Shown here piece by piece: positions 25,848 to 37,250 of a stretch of 64,000 nt of DNA. The DNA comes from Mobula birostris. Lineage: Eukaryota. Numbering within the stretch: position 1 is the stretch's first letter; the number at the start of each line of letters is the position of its first letter. Where the stretch lies: contig NC_092382.1 of assembly GCF_030028105.1 (NCBI RefSeq), forward strand, positions 31,971,792 through 32,035,791. Direction: 5' to 3'. The position numbers and the translations under genes were made by a program. Under the pieces are notes generated by a model. It searched no databases, was not told the origin of the DNA, and saw only the letters and a list, made by a program, of their open reading frames with translations.

Positions 25848-26294
25848 CTCGGAAACTGCACGGCATCGTCCCCACCCATGGGTGTACTGTGACCAATGTT
25901 GCAGAAGCGACAAACTCCAACATTTCGTTGCCTCTGAAGGGTTGAACACTGTCGGGGGCCTGGGTGGGTTGCAGCCATTGAGAGATGTGAGTTCAAACTC
26001 CTCCGCGATCGTTGTAAATTGTCGAACACATCTCTCTAAATTATCTGAGAGTTGTTTCCAAACGCCCAGCGCTCTGCAGCATTTACAAACACACAATACT
26101 CGAGGGACCCAACAAGATTTACAGCATATATGGAAGGACAATGTTGCAGATCAGAGCCCTTCACCGAGACTGGAAAAGAAAAGGCAAGAAACCAGAACAA
26201 GAATGTTGGGGGAGGGAAATCAGGTAAAACTCAAACCCCAGAGATAGTGACTTCAGCTGTAACTAAACCCTTGTTCAAATCTAGCTGACGAGCA

Positions 26295-27248
26295 ATTTAT
26301 CTTTCCTCTTTCTGATTTTTATAAATGACCTGGATGAAGAGGCAGAAGGCTGGGTGAGTAAGTTTGCGGACGACACGATGATTGGAGGAGTTGTGGATGG
26401 AGCTGTAGGTTGTCGAAGGTTACAAGAGGATATAGACAGGATGAAGAGTTGGGCAGAAAAGTGGCAGATGGAGTTCAATCCGGGTAAGTGTGAGGTGATG
26501 CATTTTGGAAGGACAAACCAGAACCCTGAGTAGAGGATTAATTGTCGGTCACCTAAGAATGTGGATGATCAGAGGGAACTTGGGGTTCAAACCCAGACAT
26601 CCCTCAAGGTCGCTGCACAGGTTGATAGAATAGTTAAGAAGGCCAATGCGATGCTAGGCTTCATTAATTGGGGGTTGAGTTCAAGAGTGGAGAGGTCATG
26701 TTGCAACTCTGCAACTCTCTGGTGAGACCTCACTTAGAGTATTGTGTTTGGTTGTGGTCATCTCGTTATAGGAAGCATGTGGAAGCTATGCAGAGGGAGC
26801 AGAGAAGATTTACCAGGATATTGTCTGGATTGGAAAACAAGGGATAGCAGAGCTGGGACTTTTCACTTTGGAGCGTAGAAGGATGAGAGGGGACTTGAAA
26901 TATGTCTACAAGATTATGAGAGGCACAGATAGGGTGGATACCCGGTACCTGTTTCCCAGGGCACGAATAGCAAACACCAGAGGGCATATGTACAATGTTA
27001 AGGGAGGGATGTTCAGGGGTAAGTTTTTACACAGTGGGTTGTGGGTGTCTGGAATGACTTTCCAGGGATGGAGGTGGAGGCTAAAACATTGGGTTTATTT
27101 AAGAGCCTTTTGGACAGGCACATGGATGAAAGAAAAATAGAGGTTTACAGGGTACTCCGGGTTTAGTACTTTTTAAAAGTAATATATGCGTCGACACAAC
27201 ATGGAGGGCCGAAGGTCCTGCATAGTGCTGTAGTTTTCCAGTGTCTAG
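26295..27248 (+). mobile_element. CR1 3' fragment
   Basis: FINDLD..KFADD through RRRMRGDL motifs. Confidence 0.85.
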
Positions 27249-27584
27249 TGCCTAGTGTCAAAACTAGTTTCGCCTCCGCCGATCAACAGGGTCCCCAATG
27301 CAGGACTCAGCAGCCAAAAGAGCAGCAAAGACATTGCAGATGTTCCAGAAGGCGGCTGGGGAAAGGGACGGCCCAGTGGCTGTGTCAAAGTACACGTAGA
27401 GCACTGCCCAACGTCTCGGTGGGAGAACCAGTTGATGGTTCGGATCCCGGTACCTCCATCGGGGATCTCGGACCCGAAACGCAGACTGCGTCTCTCTCCG
27501 CAGCTGCTGGCTGAACCAGCGTGCCCTTACAGTAATTTGTGCCTCGTCGAGGAAGAAATGACACTCGGAAACAAAGAACTGACA

Positions 27585-27990
27585 GGAGATCAGAGGCCAA
27601 TGTGATCTGCAGTGGCGCAGCCGCAGAGTCCCGTGTTCAGTCTCGCTCTCCGCCCTCTCTATGAGTCTCTGGCCGTTCATAAAGGGTTAATCAGGTTGCT
27701 GTGGATCTGATTTCTGCAGCTGCAATCGGCTCCATATTTTGTAGTAAATAAAGTTGGTTCTGAGCAAACTGGTATTGTGTAACAAACACTTCCGGAGCTC
27801 AATTCAACGAGCCCTGAATTGTGAGAAAAAGAATGGAAAAGCACCTCGCGAATGTCAACCTTTGGCGCGCTTAATCCTGTTTTGTCAGATCAGAGACCCT
27901 GTCCCCAGCCTTGTTTTGTACCCAGTGTCCACAACATCTGATGCCGGATGTACACACGGAGACAACAACACAAGGAACCACTCTGCTCCT
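27585..27990 (+). pseudogene. Second relic copy of the terminal exon ending VVNKVGSEQTGIV*
   Basis: Codons 27741-27779, TAA 27780-27782; only synonymous differences from the other copy over these 13 codons. Confidence 0.45.
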
Positions 27991-28249
27991 CGAAACTCCC
28001 GAGCCATTCACAAGGATCTACGCCAGACACTTCTGTCCCGGTTCCCCATCACCTCCGATCCCGCGCCAATTCACCACCCCGACCTTTCGAGCAGTATTCG
28101 TCTCCTCTTTAATTCCCTCCCAGTGACCCCCCTCAATTTCCATTTGAATAGATGATTCATAAAATATGAACATAATTTCCCAAACACAACCGATTCAATC
28201 TTGCAATTCTGTCCCATCCACAAGTAGCAAAGGAGTGGGAAAAAGTAGT

Positions 28250-28425
28250 AGAACTTCACACTTATCTCCCCGGGAATCTTGATTTGATTAGCTTTATCTG
28301 AAGACAGAGATATCCTGTCATTATCATGGATGGGTCTGTTATCCTCTAACCACGTTCTTCCCTGGATCCTGCCCTTGCGTCAAAAATGAATACAGCCCTA
28401 TTTCCACGGTCCTCCATTATTTTAA
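28250..28425 (-). pseudogene. Fragment of a further IgC2 A-type exon
   Basis: RTWLEDNRPIHDNDRISLSSDKA matches RTWFKDNQPI...RIFTSPDKA of genes B/C; frameshifted. Confidence 0.55.
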
Positions 28426-29046
28426 ATGAAGAGTTAAAATTGCTCTGGCAAGTCCGGGACATTATTCGCTGTAGCGTCAAATGAGCATCTCCGAAAATTT
28501 GACTTATACATAAATCCAGCAGTTTGACATAAATCCGAGTGTGATAGAGAAGTTCGTGACCGAAGGTCGAAGGAGATATTAGCTTCAAACTTTCTGCACA
28601 ATCACTCAAAGAGTTGACCTGCATGTACCTGTAACGAGAGCTGTATACCTCATCTCCTTCTACCTTAGGCCACGAACTTATCAATTACCCATGCTGTGGT
28701 CACCTTCTGGAGGTCTAAGATCCGTATGCTCCACGACGGCTGGATTATGTTTGTAAATGTCAGAGGGGACTATGCTGAAAAATAAATGTGCTGGGTTTTC
28801 TAAAATTGACTCTTTCTACATTAGGCCACGAATTTATCAATAACCCCTCGTAAATCCCTTCCGGACCTCGAGTATATCTATAACTCTGCTCCATCTTGCC
28901 TGTCCCTGACGAACAATTTGTTGTTTTTTTTCTCTCTTTGATGACTAAAGTAGACAGAATAGAACAGCGTGAAATTTGCAAAATAAAATTGCTCTGAAGT
29001 TGAACCGGCCGATTGAAGTGTAATATCGACAGAAACTTTTACTTGC

Positions 29047-29314
29047 CCTGTACTGTGATCTTTACAGAAATGCTGTTGTGTTTCCTGGTTATTTTTTTGT
29101 CAGCCTGACAAGTATACTTTCCATTATCAACGTTGTTTTCTAAATCGGTGGTGTCGCTCTGTCCTGTCTGCGCATGATGTGTCCCATTGCGCCATCTATA
29201 GTCAGCACTGGGAATTGACTGGGCGGAATAATTTATTTCAGACTTGGAACGATATCTGTCGCAGGTAGACCCACCTGCGGCACCTTCAACAGAAATCTAG
29301 ACGGTATGTTGTTT
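29047..29314 (-). pseudogene. Decayed CEACAM-like IgC2 B-type exon
   Basis: YSAQSIPSADYRWRNGT...TGQ...DNGKYTCQA...SVKITVQG resembles CEACAM B domains; first Cys to Tyr, in-frame stop near the 5' end, GC donor. Confidence 0.7.
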
Positions 29315-29369
29315 CTGTTATCAGTTATGCCGAATTTAATTTGAAGTAATCAGCTACATGCACACTTAC

Positions 29370-29636
29370 AGTTAACCTGCAGGTAGATTCCTGCGATGTC
29401 GCTGGTATAATCATCGCTAACGGGACATTTGTTCTTTCTTGTTTCAGTTCTGTGAAGGCGGGTTATGTTCAGATTAACTTTTTCTGAAGACAGAGATATT
29501 CTGTCCTTATCCTGGGTGAGTTTGTTCATGTTCTTCTTTGAAATGTTCCCTTGTTTGTCACAAGTGAATTCAACCTTACTGTTGCTTTCCACGTGACTTA
29601 AATTGCTGCTGGTTACACGGTCACGAGACACGGGCT
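29370..29636 (-). pseudogene. Decayed CEACAM-like IgC2 A-type exon
   Basis: ACAG|AG CCC GTG start and T|GTAAG end; EPVS...VEFTC...DRISLS...KC...YLQVN; core Trp and DxGxY lost. Confidence 0.7.
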
Positions 29637-30009
29637 CTGTAAATAGACGTGAAAGAGGAATGGAACTAATCCATTTTACTGCATTCTTGTCATACCAGTT
29701 GGGGCTCTGTAGACCAAATTACGATCGTGACCGACATATGGGTCTTAATGGCAAATGAATTGCAGCTTCAGAACACGAGGGCGCGCGGCTTCAGTTCTGC
29801 TACGTCATGGGGGGGGGGCGAGTGTTACGTTTTTCGATGAACAAAGGCTCTGCTGCTAAGTTAACACATTTCACGTCACATGCAGGTGATCATATACCCG
29901 ATACTGATTCTGATTATGCACTCTACTGCCCTATGTGCGATGCTAAATTGTTTGCACTAGAGGGAGTGTCAAAAACAGAGCGTCATTGTTGTCAAATACA
30001 TGTTCCGCC

Positions 30010-30548
30010 CTTAAGACCCAAGACCAGAGCCTGTGGCCCCAAAACCCAAGACCCCAGCGTGAGGTCTCAAGACCCAAGACTCCAGCCTATCTCCAAGCTC
30101 AATTCTCAAAACCCAACCCTGTCTCCAAACTCAAGCCCCAGGACCCCAGCCTCTAGCCTGAAGAACAAGACCCCAGCCTCAAGCCTGAAGACCAAACCCT
30201 AGCCTGAAGCCTGTAGACCAATATCCCAACCTCAAGCCTGAAGTCCAAGATCCCAGCCTCAAGTCTGCAGACCAAAGCCCAGCCTGAAGCCTGTAGACCA
30301 ATATCCCAACCTCAAGCCTGTAGACCAAGACCCCAGCCTCAAGCCTGAAAGCCAAGACCCAAGCCTCAAACCTGAAGGTCAAGACCCCAGTCTCAAGCCT
30401 GTAGACCAAGACCCCAGCCTCAAGCCTGAAAACCAAGACCCAAGTCTCAAGCCTCAAGACCAAGACCACAGCGTCAAACCTGAAGACCAAGACTCCGGCT
30501 TCAAGACCAAGACCCCAGTCTGCCGCCCCAAACCTCTAGACCCCAGTC
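30010..30548 (+). repeat. Minisatellite, about 27-bp unit AAGACCCCAGCCTCAAGCCTG(A/T)AGACC
   Basis: Tandem array; gives the 9-aa periodic ORF 30179-30490 (-). Confidence 0.85.
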
Positions 30549-31224
30549 ACGACCTGTCCTGTAGTGACGTCATGTCCTTGCCTGGTTCTGGGGACCCGTA
30601 CCCGAGGCAAGACCCAGGTTCTGGGTCGTTGTCCAGTCTCTGGCTTCGAGCCCAAGCCTAGGATCCTTGAGCGTAGTTCCTTGTCCTGGTTCCCTGTCTT
30701 GTCCATGTCCTAGCCCAAGTCTGCGGACTTCTCCCTGCTCTTTGTCTGTATCCTGTCACGTCCCTACTCGAGTCAAGTCCTGTTCCTAGTACTTCAGTGT
30801 CTGTGTCTTACATTTGAGTCCGCCATCAACGCCCCCATTGTGGCAGTGACCCCTGAGAAACGGTTAAGTTTATGATCAAGAAAGCCATCAATGTATTGAT
30901 TAAATTTCAATTGATAGAAAAGTATGAATAATAGATGTCGTCCGATCAAAAAACAAAAATTAGTATAGATATTGGAAAGAGGTTTTATTAGAACAGAAAC
31001 GAGTGGTTAGTGCAGAAAAATTGGAGAAGTGACTCTGGCGAAAGAAGGGCTCGGTTTCGATGAAAGATGCATTAAAATTGTGGTTTGGCATTCTGATAAA
31101 CTAAGAACAGATAAGGGATTGAGCATAAACAACAGGAATTCTGCAGATTCTGGAAATTCAAGCAACACACATAAAAGTTGCTGGTGAACGCAGCAGTCCA
31201 GGCAGCATCTCTAGGAAGAGGAGC

Positions 31225-31260
31225 AGTCGACGTTTCAGGCCGAGACCCTTCGTCAGGACT
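31225..31260 (-). ncRNA. Minimal type I hammerhead ribozyme motif (second copy)
   Basis: Reverse complement AGTCCTGACGAAGGGTCTCGGCCTGAAACGTCGACT; G-U pair at the base of stem II. Confidence 0.6.
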
Positions 31261-31619
31261 TTGATTGGCAAAGTTGAAAGAGCAACAACACAGAAAACAG
31301 ACGGGACGGTGTCACCGCAAGGGGGCAGTGTGGAACATGCGGACTCAAGGTCAGAATGTGAGCAATGGTCACACGCGTCCCCGAGCCGATCCACCTTGCA
31401 GTCCGGTCTCGCACCTTCGTCTCCTTCTGTCTCCAGGATCACATTTCTGTCTCCTAAACGTCTCCCTGACCGATTTGAAAACATTGGACCGAGCTTGTAT
31501 AATAATTAAAATACCATTGGCGATCTGGGGAGGCAATTTCCAGCAGCTCACAAATCTAGAAGATGTACGTCTTTTGAGCTGTTATCGCTGCAGTCTTCAG
31601 CGAATTAAGGACAAAAAAA

Positions 31620-32170
31620 CACGAGTTGTCTACATGCACCAACGATCATACGAACTCCACATGAACACTACCGACACATTGCACAAGAAAATTATGGTGC
31701 CCGGACGATTGGCTCGGAGCGGATCCGGATTTTTCTTCCACGCCCACAGAAAATAGGTTCTAGTCCTCTGATTGAGGATCCCCAATCGTTATTACACTCC
31801 CCTTTCATCATTCCCTTCTGGCCCACAAAGCCAGTCTCAGTATCTTCCTCGTGGTAATTTCCACGCACCAGCGACCCACAAACAGCATCTAAAGCGGTAT
31901 ACCTATTATTGAGGGGTACGGCCACAGGGGGCGCTGCTCTGGCTGTCACCCATGATACTGCCTCGAAAAACCATCTCAGTGTGACTAACTCCCTGTAGTG
32001 TCTATCTCTCCCCTCCTGATTGTCCCGTGTGATTTCAAGTTCCTGTAACAGCAGCTCCGGTTCCTTAACATTCTCCCCCAGGAACTGCACCCGATGCACA
32101 GTGTGCTGATGAATTTATGACGGATAGTGGCGGTATCTCAATTTCCCTAAATCTCACACAAGGAACATGA
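31620..32170 (-). mobile_element. Decayed CR1 ORF1 (esterase) fragment
   Basis: PVAVPLNNRYTALD matches ORF1 at 20991. Confidence 0.7.
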
Positions 32171-32664
32171 CTCTGACTCTGCATCTATTCTCAGCGCACT
32201 AGCTATGTAATAACAGAGGGAAAAATCAACTTACTAGAACTTCATTCCTTACTTCGAGCATGCGGCTGCGTTTGTCTAAGCTTGTTCTCGCCTAAGCCTG
32301 TTTCACTAAAGCCGGACCACTCTAACAATTCCCCACTCCAGCAATGGCCGGTCCAACAATGGAGTATGCTTCTACATCTGGGTGGCCAATTCAGAGAAGA
32401 CCTGTCATTACTGTCATAAACGCCAGGCGGTGTAACGCGCCGTCAGTGCACAAATAGGTAATACATGCACAAAAATGTACAAAGTATTTAAATAAGGAAA
32501 CAACCGAGTGACCGAATAAATAAAGAAATGAGCAGAAAAAGCAAAGGACCAAACAAATAAAAGAGTAATTGCGAGATCATTTTCATGGGTCAATCGATCA
32601 TTCAGAAATCTGATTGCAGCAGCTGCAGGTAAATCGCTGAGTGTGGGTCTTCAGGGTCATTTAC

Positions 32665-32960
32665 ATTTCCCGGATGGTCGTGATGAGACGAGTGCATATC
32701 GCGGACGGTAGTAACGGGAAGAGAGCATACCCCGGGTGGTAGTAACGGGAAGAGAGCATATCCCGTATGGTAGTAATCAGAAGAGAGCATATCCCGTATG
32801 GCAGTAATCAGCAAAGAGGAAATCCCGGATGGTAGTAATGAGACAAGAGCGTATCCAGGAGAGTATGAATAGGAAGAGAGCATATTCCGGATCGTACTAA
32901 TGGGAAGGGTGCATATCCATAGAGGTAGTAATGAGACAAGAGCATATACCGGAAGGTGAT
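32665..32960 (-). repeat. Degenerate copy of the same 31-bp minisatellite
   Basis: GGTAGTAATGAGACAAGAGCATATCCCG units. Confidence 0.8.
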
Positions 32961-33670
32961 GGCCCTTAATTATTGAGCTGGCATTCCTGTGGAACCGCCT
33001 TTTGAAGATGGCCTGGATTATGGCGAGGCTTCTACCGTTATGGATCCGATCGCGTATACAACACTCTGCGATCTTTGTCGATCCTGTGCATTGGAGCCTG
33101 CATATCAGACCGTGATCAAAACTGTCAGTATGCTCTCCACCTTCCATGTGCGTACATTTCCCAGTCTTTGGGGACGTACCAATACCAAATCTCTTCAATC
33201 ACCGAATTGAACACAGCCGCTGACGTGCCTTTCGTTGTTAATCTATGAATATGTGAGGCCAAACAGAGAAGGAGCTTAAAGCTGCTCACACTTAACCTCC
33301 ACCGCCCATTTAATGAGGACTGGTGTGAGTTCTCCCCACTTCTCCTTCCTGGAGTTAACTATCAATTCCTTGTCTTGCTGTCTTTGTGTGGAAGATTATT
33401 GCAGCGACAGCACCTGACCAGTCTATCAATCTCGTAGCAAAATAGCTTTGAGAAAATTGCCACGTGAAATGTTAGAGGAGGACAGAAGATATTAAGGGCC
33501 GAATAGCCTTCAGTTTCTTCAGCGTTTTATATCGCTCAGTCTCCGCCTTCACGCTGTGCGATGCAATCAGCTCCGGCTTTTCAGATAACAGACTCTCTAG
33601 ATTTTCATTGGTGCCCAGGAAATGTAGCTCAGTCTGCGAGTGTAACAGAGATCGGCGCTGCTCTCTGGTG

Positions 33671-33707
33671 ATGCCGGCTCTCATTCTTTGTCTCCCCATT
33701 ACGGCGG
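33671..33707 (+). CDS. Possible alternative upstream leader exon of gene B (MPALILCLPITAG)
   Basis: Degenerate tandem copy of exon 1 with ATG and phase-1 GTGAG donor. Confidence 0.35.
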
Positions 33708-33785
33708 GTGAGGATCACTCCCTCCAACCGTTAGTGTTCGGATAATCAACACAACAGCGGCTGGTTGTAGGGAAGAAGATGAGAT

Positions 33786-33846
33786 CCAATCAGCGCTGTC
33801 ACTGATGACGTCAGCATCCACTTATCTGCTCCGCAAACCAGGAAGT
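33786..33846 (+). promoter_or_regulatory. Gene B proximal promoter: CCAAT, CRE, ETS
   Basis: CCAAT 33786-33790, TGACGTCA 33806-33813, CAGGAAGT 33839-33846. Confidence 0.6.
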
Positions 33847-33895
33847 GCGGCTCAGTCTCCGAGTGTAACAGAGATCGGCGCTGCTCTCTGTCGGG

Positions 33896-33947
33896 ATGTC
33901 GGGACTGCCCTTCGCAGCGCTCGTTCTCTGTCTCTGCATAACGGCGG
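33896..33947 (+). CDS. CEACAM-like gene B, exon 1 (signal peptide)
   Basis: ATG...GCG G|GTGAG; MSGLPFAALVLCLCITAG. Confidence 0.85.
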
Positions 33948-34146
33948 GTGAGGATCACTCTCTCGAATCGTCAGTGGTCCGATCAACAAGAGTGGCGGGT
34001 GGTTGGAGGAAAGAAGGGCAGGTTACAGGAGACGATCTAACTGAGCTAAGTACAGATCTCAGCTGTCTGTGCTGATTGAGCCCAGTGCAGCTCTGCAGTC
34101 TCTCCGCATATGTCGCTTTTCCCTCATACCATTTTCTCTTCCTCAG

Positions 34147-34464
34147 GTGAGTCTCAGCAGTTCACCATTTTCGTTGAGCACAGCCAGATAAATGTCACCG
34201 TCGGGGGAAATGCGCTCCTTTCGGTGCTGCCGTCGGGCAATGTCAACAGTGGAAACTGGATTTGTAATGGGAGAACAGTCGGCCAGTGGATCGGCCAAGC
34301 CGTGTCTGTTGACCCTGCCTACACATCGCGGGCTGAGATATTCATCTTCAATGGGTCGCTTCTGCTGAAGTCCGTGAGCGCGCTGGACAGTGGGGAATAC
34401 CGTGTGACTATGGTTCCAGTGAGTGGCCCTCAAACCTCAGCGATCGTCACTCTGCATGTTATTG
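34147..34464 (+). CDS. CEACAM-like gene B, IgV (N) domain exon
   Basis: 318-nt phase 1-1 exon within ORF 34110-34472; NGSLLL and DSGEY motifs; single unpaired Cys (WIC). Confidence 0.9.
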
Positions 34465-35029
34465 GTAAGTGAGACTGAGTTACACAGAGTCATGCGATCT
34501 CGCATTATAACTTTCAGTTTATTCCTGGTGTCATGTAATCCTTATTGTTCGTTACTGGATGGCGGATCATTCCGAATGAAAACTAAACCGAGTAAACAAC
34601 ACAGTTTCGTGTTAGATTTAGCTTGAAGTGCTTCCCGGAAAGGCCTCGGCGATGATCGGTGTCTGTGAATGCAAGAAGAACCCTACCAATCCCACATTTC
34701 AGACTGCTCAACTTTCACTCACAACCTGCAAAGCTGCAGATTAGTAACTATGACAGGATCAATGAACAATCCACGAGAGTGGACCAGACAACATTCTGTG
34801 AAAATACTAATATAAATAAATAGTAATAAATAATGAGAGCATGAAATGACGAAATAAAATGTCTGCACAGTGAGATCATTGGTTGTGGGAACATATCACT
34901 GGATGGGCAAGTGAGTGTGGTTACCCGCTTTCTTTCAGAGCCTGATGCCTGAAGGGTTGTAACTGTTCTTGAACCTCGTGGTGCGATTCCTGAGGTTCTT
35001 GTACCTTCTATCTGATGGGCGAGTGATTC

Positions 35030-36015
35030 TATACTCTACCTGCTCCTATGCTCTGTTCCTCTAGAAATGAATGCCAACATCGCATTCGCCTTCTTCATCA
35101 CCGGCTCAACCAGGAAGCTAACCTTCAGTGTATCCGCTACGAGGACTCGCAGGTCCCGTTGCATCTCAGAACTTTGAATTCTTTCCCCATTTAAATAATA
35201 GTCTGCCCGTTTATTTCTTCTGCCAAAGTGCGTAACCATACACTTTCCAACACTGTATTTCATTTGCCACCTCTTTGCCTATTCTTTCAATCTATCCAAG
35301 TCTCTCTGCAGACTCTCCGTTTCGTCAGCACTACCGGCCCCTCCACCTATCTTCGTATCGTCAGCGAACTTAGCCACAAAGCAATCTATTCCATAATCCA
35401 AATTGTTGATGTACAATGTAAAAAGAAGCGGCCCCAACACGGACCCCTGTAGAACACCACTGGTAACCGGCAGCCAACCAGAATAGGATCCCTTTATTCC
35501 CACTCTCTGTTTCCTGCCAATCAGCCCCAATGCTCTATCCACCTATGTAACTTTCCTGTAATTCCATGGGCTCTTATCTTGTTAAGCAGCCTCATGTGTG
35601 GCACCTTGACAGAAGCCTTCTGAAAATCCAAATATACAACATCCACTGCATCTCCCTTGTCTAGCCTACTGGTAATTTCCTCAAAAAATTGTAATAGGTT
35701 AGTTAAGCAGGATTTTACTATCTTGTCATATGCCTCCAGGTACTCTGTAATCCCATCCTTGACAATCGACTCCAACAACTTCCCAATAACCGATGTCAAT
35801 CTAACAGGTCTATAATTTCCTTTTTGCTTCCTTGCCCCCTTCTTAAATAGCGGAGTGACGTTTGAAATCCTCCCGTGCTCCGGAACAATTCCGGAATCTA
35901 TCGACTTTTGGAGGATCATCGCTAATGCCTCTGCAATCTCCACAGCTAGTTCCTTCAGAACACGAGGGTGCATTTCATCTGGTCCGTGAGATATATCTAT
36001 CTTTAGACTATCCAG
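35030..36015 (-). mobile_element. CR1 RT fragment in gene B intron 2
   Basis: ORFs 35036-35973 with YLDFQKA and KFADD. Confidence 0.9.
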
Positions 36016-36437
36016 CTTGACTTCTCTAACTTCCGCTAATTCCCCGTCTCCCCCTCGTACCCCATCCGTTATTTATTTCTATACACACATTCTTTCTCTC
36101 TCTCTCCTTTTTCTCTCTCTGTCACTCTGACTATACCCCTTGCCCAACCTCTGGGTTTTTTCTCGCACTCCCCCTTTTCCTTCTCCCTGGGTCTCTTGTC
36201 CCATGATCCCCTCAAAGCCCCTTTGCCAATCAACTGTCCAGCTCTTGGCTCCATCCGTCCTCCTCCTGTCTTCTCGTATCATTTCGGATCTCCCTCTCCT
36301 CCTCCCACTTTCAAATCTCTTACTAGCTCTCCCTTCAGTTAGTCCTGACGAAGGGTCTCTGCCCGAAACGTCGACTGTACCTCTTCCTAGAGATGCTGCT
36401 TGGCCTGCTGCGTTCACCAGAAACTTTGATGTGTGTT
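36016..36437 (+). mobile_element. Penelope-type terminal fragment carrying a hammerhead motif
   Basis: Pyrimidine-rich stretch, then CTGACGA..GAAAC core and the GATGCTGC..CCTGCTGCGTTCACCAG arm shared with 13433-13595 and 31130-31260. Confidence 0.7.
36341..36376 (+). ncRNA. Minimal type I hammerhead ribozyme motif
   Basis: AGTC-CTGACGA-A-GGG(tctctg)CCC-GAAAC-GTC-GACT: stem I AGTC/GACT, stem II GGG/CCC, palindromic ACGT stem III, GUC cleavage triplet. Confidence 0.7.
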
Positions 36438-36659
36438 GGTTGATACATGGAGAGGTGGTAAATTAGATTAGACATTGTCTCAATGGAAGAAGTAAAAGAG
36501 TGGTAGTAGAGGATTGCTTCTCAGAGCGGAGGCCTGTGACTGGTGGTGTGCCAGAGGGAACAGTTCTGGGTCCATTGTTATTTGTCACCTATATCAATGA
36601 TCTGGATGATAATGTGGTAAATTGGATCAGCAAATTTGCTGATGATACAAAGATTGGAT

Positions 36660-37250
36660 TACTGTCTTTGCTGTCCTGCTTCACAACTTCCTTCCTAAAA
36701 TCCTGTAGTCTGTTTTCAGGACCTCGTCTCGTTTCCTACCTAGGTAGTTGGTACCTATATGTACTACGACCTCCACCTTTTCACCTTCCCACTGCAGAAT
36801 ATGGGGAACCCGATCAGAAACATCCCAGACCTTGGCACCTGTGAGGCAACCTACCATCCGCATTTCTTTCCTGCATCCACAGAATCGCCTGTCTGACGCC
36901 CTGACTATAGACTCCTCTATAACTGCCGCCTTCTTTATTTTCCTACCCTTCTGAGCCACAGGGCCAGGATCTGTGCCAGAGGCCACTGTTGCTTCCCCCA
37001 AGTAAGCTACCCCCGCCCCGCCCCCAACAGTACTAAAACAAGAGTACTGTTAAGGGACACAACCAGAGGAGTACTCTCTTACATCTGACCCTTCTCTCTC
37101 CTGACTGTTACCCTTATATGTCCTCGAGGCCCCGGTGTGACTACCTGCCTATAGCTCCTCTCTATCACCTCCACACTTTCCCCGACCAGACAATGGTCAC
37201 CGAGCTGTATCTCCAGTTCTCTAATGCCGTCCCTAAGCACGCAGCTGGCG
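36660..37250 (-). mobile_element. CR1 ORF1 esterase fragment
   Basis: ESIVRASDRRFC...HIGTN. Confidence 0.75.

Noticed and set aside
30179-30490. 9-aa periodic repeat protein
   Set aside because: Translation of the 27-bp minisatellite; no splice or start support
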